The notes under the pieces are model-generated. The model ran no database searches and was not told the origin of the DNA. It saw only the letters and a program-made list of their open reading frames with translations. The position numbers and the translations under genes are program-made. Positions 42,742-45,066 of a stretch of 45,066 bases of DNA are shown here, in pieces; the stretch's first letter is position 1, and each line of letters begins with the position of its first letter. The stretch is from Chloroflexota bacterium. GTDB lineage: Bacteria > Chloroflexota > Limnocylindria > Limnocylindrales > CSP1-4. The stretch is from NCBI GenBank assembly GCA_025454515.1, contig JALOOH010000022.1, positions 1 through 45,066 on the forward strand, given 5' to 3'.

Positions 42742-43233
42742 TCAGGCGTCGCCGAGGTGGTCGATCCGGCTGAAGGCCGCCAGCGCCTCGCGACAGGCGT
42801 CCAGCTCCCGTGCGACCCGCCGCACGATCCACGGGTCCACCCGCGGCGTGTCCTCGATCGCGACCGTCGGCCCGTACGGGCCATCGTCGAGGACGATCCC
42901 GGTCGTCGTCCGGTAGTCGCTGAGCCACGCCGCCTGCAGGCGCACGAGCGCGTCCACGACGACCGCGCGGTCGAAGAGCCAGTCCGCCTCCGCGGCATTC
43001 AGCGCTGCCACGATGTCGTCGAGTCGCACCGCGCGGCCCCGCTCGATCCGTGCGATGAGACGGAGCACCCGGTAGCGCGCGAAGGGGTCGCCCGCCTCGG
43101 CGAGGACCGGCGGACGCGGCGACGCGTCCGGGAGGCCGGGCGGGGCGGGGCGGAGCGCGAGCCGTCCGGGGATCGGTCGGGGGTCGGACACGTCGGGGAG
43201 GCTCCGGCGAGGTGCGGGGATGGGCGCGGCCAC
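42742..43233 (-). CDS. Hypothetical protein, possible winged-helix fold
   Basis: Protein-like ORF (GDPFARYRVLRLIARI...QAAWLSDYRT...GIVL); TATCCT -10 upstream at 43287-43282. Confidence 0.6.
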   Translation of the reverse strand: MAAPIPAPRRSLPDVSDPRPIPGRLALRPAPPGLPDASPRPPVLAEAGDPFARYRVLRLIARIERGRAVRLDDIVAALNAAEADWLFDRAVVVDALVRLQAAWLSDYRTTTGIVLDDGPYGPTVAIEDTPRVDPWIVRRVARELDACREALAAFSRIDHLGDA

Positions 43234-43316
43234 GGCCTCGGGTGCGGCGGGGCGCGGGCGGACGCGGTGTCCGTCCGAGGCAGGATACGCCCCGCGGCCG
43301 GCGCGACCCCACCGTG

Positions 43317-43333
43317 TCTTAACCGTTTCTTAT
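43317..43333 (+). promoter_or_regulatory. 11-bp-period direct repeat TCTTA-N6-TCTTA, OmpR/PhoB-type box
   Basis: tcttaaccgtttcttat AT-rich island upstream of the S41 gene. Confidence 0.45.
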
Positions 43334-43414
43334 GCGCACGCGGCACCGTTTCCAGCGACACTGCACGCTACCGCCCGGCGACGCCCATCCTCCCGGCGCG
43401 GACCAGGAGCTGAC

Positions 43415-44905
43415 GTGGACGACGACCGACCGCAGAACGACGCGCCCGGCTGGGGCGCCGCGAACCCGAACCTCGCCGCCGGGCGCCCGCAGGGACCCGC
43501 GTGGGCGCCGCAGCCCGGCGCACAGCAGGCGACGCCCCAGGGCGCCGCGTACGCCACGCCCGCGACGCCGCCGGCCCCGTCCGGAGCCCCCCCGTCCGGC
43601 GGCTGGGTCGCCGCTCCTCCTCCGCCGCGTCGTGGCGGCATCGGCGGCTACATCGCCGTCGCCCTCGCGACGGCGGCGATCTCGGCGGTGCTCGCCTTCT
43701 CCGGCGGCGTCGTCGTCGGCGCCGGGATCGGTGCGAGCGTCGCCGGCGAGATCGCCTCGAACGGGCCGGTGCCGGCCGCCTCCACGAAGCCCGGCGACCC
43801 GAACTCGTTCGGGCTCTTCACCGAGGCGTGGGAGATCCTGCGGAAGAACTACGTCGACCAGGCGGCACTCGAGGCCAAGGACATCACGTACGGCGCGATC
43901 CGCGGGATGACCGACGCGATCGGCGACACCGAGCACACCCGCTTCCTCACGCCGGACGAGCTCGCGCGCCAGGAGCAGGACCTGAGCGGATCGTTCGCCG
44001 GCATCGGCGCGGTCCTCTCCGAGGTCGGCGCCGAGCTCATCGTCCAGTCGGTCATCCCCGGCACTCCCGCCGAGCGCGCGGGCGTGAAGGCCGGCGACCG
44101 GATCCTCGCGGTGGATGGTGCCGACACGACGGGCAAGAGCGTGGACGACGTCGTCCGCGAGGTCCGCGGCGACGAGGGGACGCAGGTCACCCTCACGCTC
44201 GTGCACAAGGGCGAGTCCGACCCGTTCGACGTGACGATCACCCGCGCGGTCATCGCGGTGCCGGCCGTGAGCTGGGCGATGTACCCGGGCACGGACACCG
44301 CGGTGGTCCGCCTCGAGCAGTTCCAGGCGGATTCCGGCGACGACATGATGAAGGCTCTCAAGGCCGCGAAGGAGGCCGGGGCGGAGAGGTTCGTCCTCGA
44401 TCTCCGGGCGAACCCCGGCGGGTACGTCGGCGAGGCGGTCGAGGTCGCCAGCCAGTTCCTCGACGGCGGGACCGTCTACATCCAGCGGAACGCGCAGGAC
44501 GACCGGGAGGCGGTCCCGGCCCTCCCGAACGGCGAGGCGAGATCGCAGCCGCTCGTCGTCCTCGTCGACGCCGGCAGCGCCAGCTCGTCGGAGATCGTCT
44601 CCGGGGCCCTCCAGGACGCGGGCCGCGCGACGCTCGTCGGCGAGAGGACCTTCGGCACGGGCACCGTCCTCACGCCGTACAGGCTCTCCGACGGCTCGGC
44701 GCTCTATGTGGGCACCGTCGAGTGGCTGACGCCCAAGGGCAACGAGATCTGGCGCAGGGGCATCGACCCGGATGTCGTCGTGGCCATCCCCGACGATGGG
44801 CGGATCGTCGTCCCGTCCGAGTTCGCGGAGCTCGGCGCCGACGGCATCGTGAAGGCGAACGACGCGCAGCTGCAGCGGGCGCTCGAGATCCTCGCGCAGG
44901 AGTAG
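43415..44905 (+). CDS. S41 family C-terminal processing protease with PDZ domain and N-terminal TM anchor
   Basis: GIGA PDZ, DLRANPGG, SASSSEI and TFGTGTVL motifs; SD aggag before GTG 43415. Confidence 0.9.
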   Translation: MDDDRPQNDAPGWGAANPNLAAGRPQGPAWAPQPGAQQATPQGAAYATPATPPAPSGAPPSGGWVAAPPPPRRGGIGGYIAVALATAAISAVLAFSGGVVVGAGIGASVAGEIASNGPVPAASTKPGDPNSFGLFTEAWEILRKNYVDQAALEAKDITYGAIRGMTDAIGDTEHTRFLTPDELARQEQDLSGSFAGIGAVLSEVGAELIVQSVIPGTPAERAGVKAGDRILAVDGADTTGKSVDDVVREVRGDEGTQVTLTLVHKGESDPFDVTITRAVIAVPAVSWAMYPGTDTAVVRLEQFQADSGDDMMKALKAAKEAGAERFVLDLRANPGGYVGEAVEVASQFLDGGTVYIQRNAQDDREAVPALPNGEARSQPLVVLVDAGSASSSEIVSGALQDAGRATLVGERTFGTGTVLTPYRLSDGSALYVGTVEWLTPKGNEIWRRGIDPDVVVAIPDDGRIVVPSEFAELGADGIVKANDAQLQRALEILAQE

Positions 44906-44995
44906 ACCGGGCGCGAGGCCGCTTCGCGGGCCCGGGCCGGAGGGCTCGGCCGGGTCGGGCCCCCGGTCGCCGCGGCCTTCGCGGGGCCGGCCGGG

Positions 44996-45066
44996 TCAGG
45001 CCCCTGGTCGGCGGCGGCGGTCCCGGACGCCGCGCCCGGCGGACCGCGCGAGCCGCCGCGCGAGCA
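44996..45066 (-). CDS. Possible 3' end of a minus-strand gene entering from the right edge
   Basis: Open frame ...LARRLARSAGRGVRDRRRRPGA* ending at TGA 44998-44996; too short to verify. Confidence 0.25.
   Translation of the reverse strand, partial: LARRLARSAGRGVRDRRRRPGA

Overview
Very GC-rich (by eye >70%), gene-dense bacterial chromosomal segment with about 43 genes. Protein families and frequent leaderless-type starts suggest a Chloroflexota/Actinomycetota-like organism; this taxonomy is an inference. Left to right: (1) a partial CDS and a DUF151 bifunctional-nuclease gene broken by an internal deletion/frameshift. (2) A ~14 kb envelope glycosylation locus (712-15050): a GT2 polyprenyl-P-sugar synthase, two GT-C membrane glycosyltransferases, a 1811-aa double GT-C/PMT fusion with a large extracytoplasmic insert, and a convergent ArsR-led operon resembling mycobacterial pgsA-patA-pimA but with two acyltransferases and a PHP phosphoesterase. 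(3) Two secreted proteins. (4) Globin/phycobiliprotein-fold-like, DUF433, DUF59 and PduO-type genes. (5) A sulfur module (cysteine desulfurase, ArsR-rhodanese, DsrE). (6) A class IV aminotransferase. (7) A near-complete coproporphyrin-dependent heme operon (HTH regulator-hemA-hemCD-hemB-hemL-hemE-hemH-radical SAM-hemG/Y) with no chdC/hemQ. (8) A small membrane peptide, vapBC and pabB. (9) A serine hydrolase-DmpA-GNAT operon. (10) An S41 protease that lacks the canonical catalytic Lys. No rRNA, tRNA, CRISPR array or transposase was recognised. Most long ORFs in the supplied track are GC-rich shadow frames or N-terminal overextensions. All family calls come from motif recognition, not database searches.
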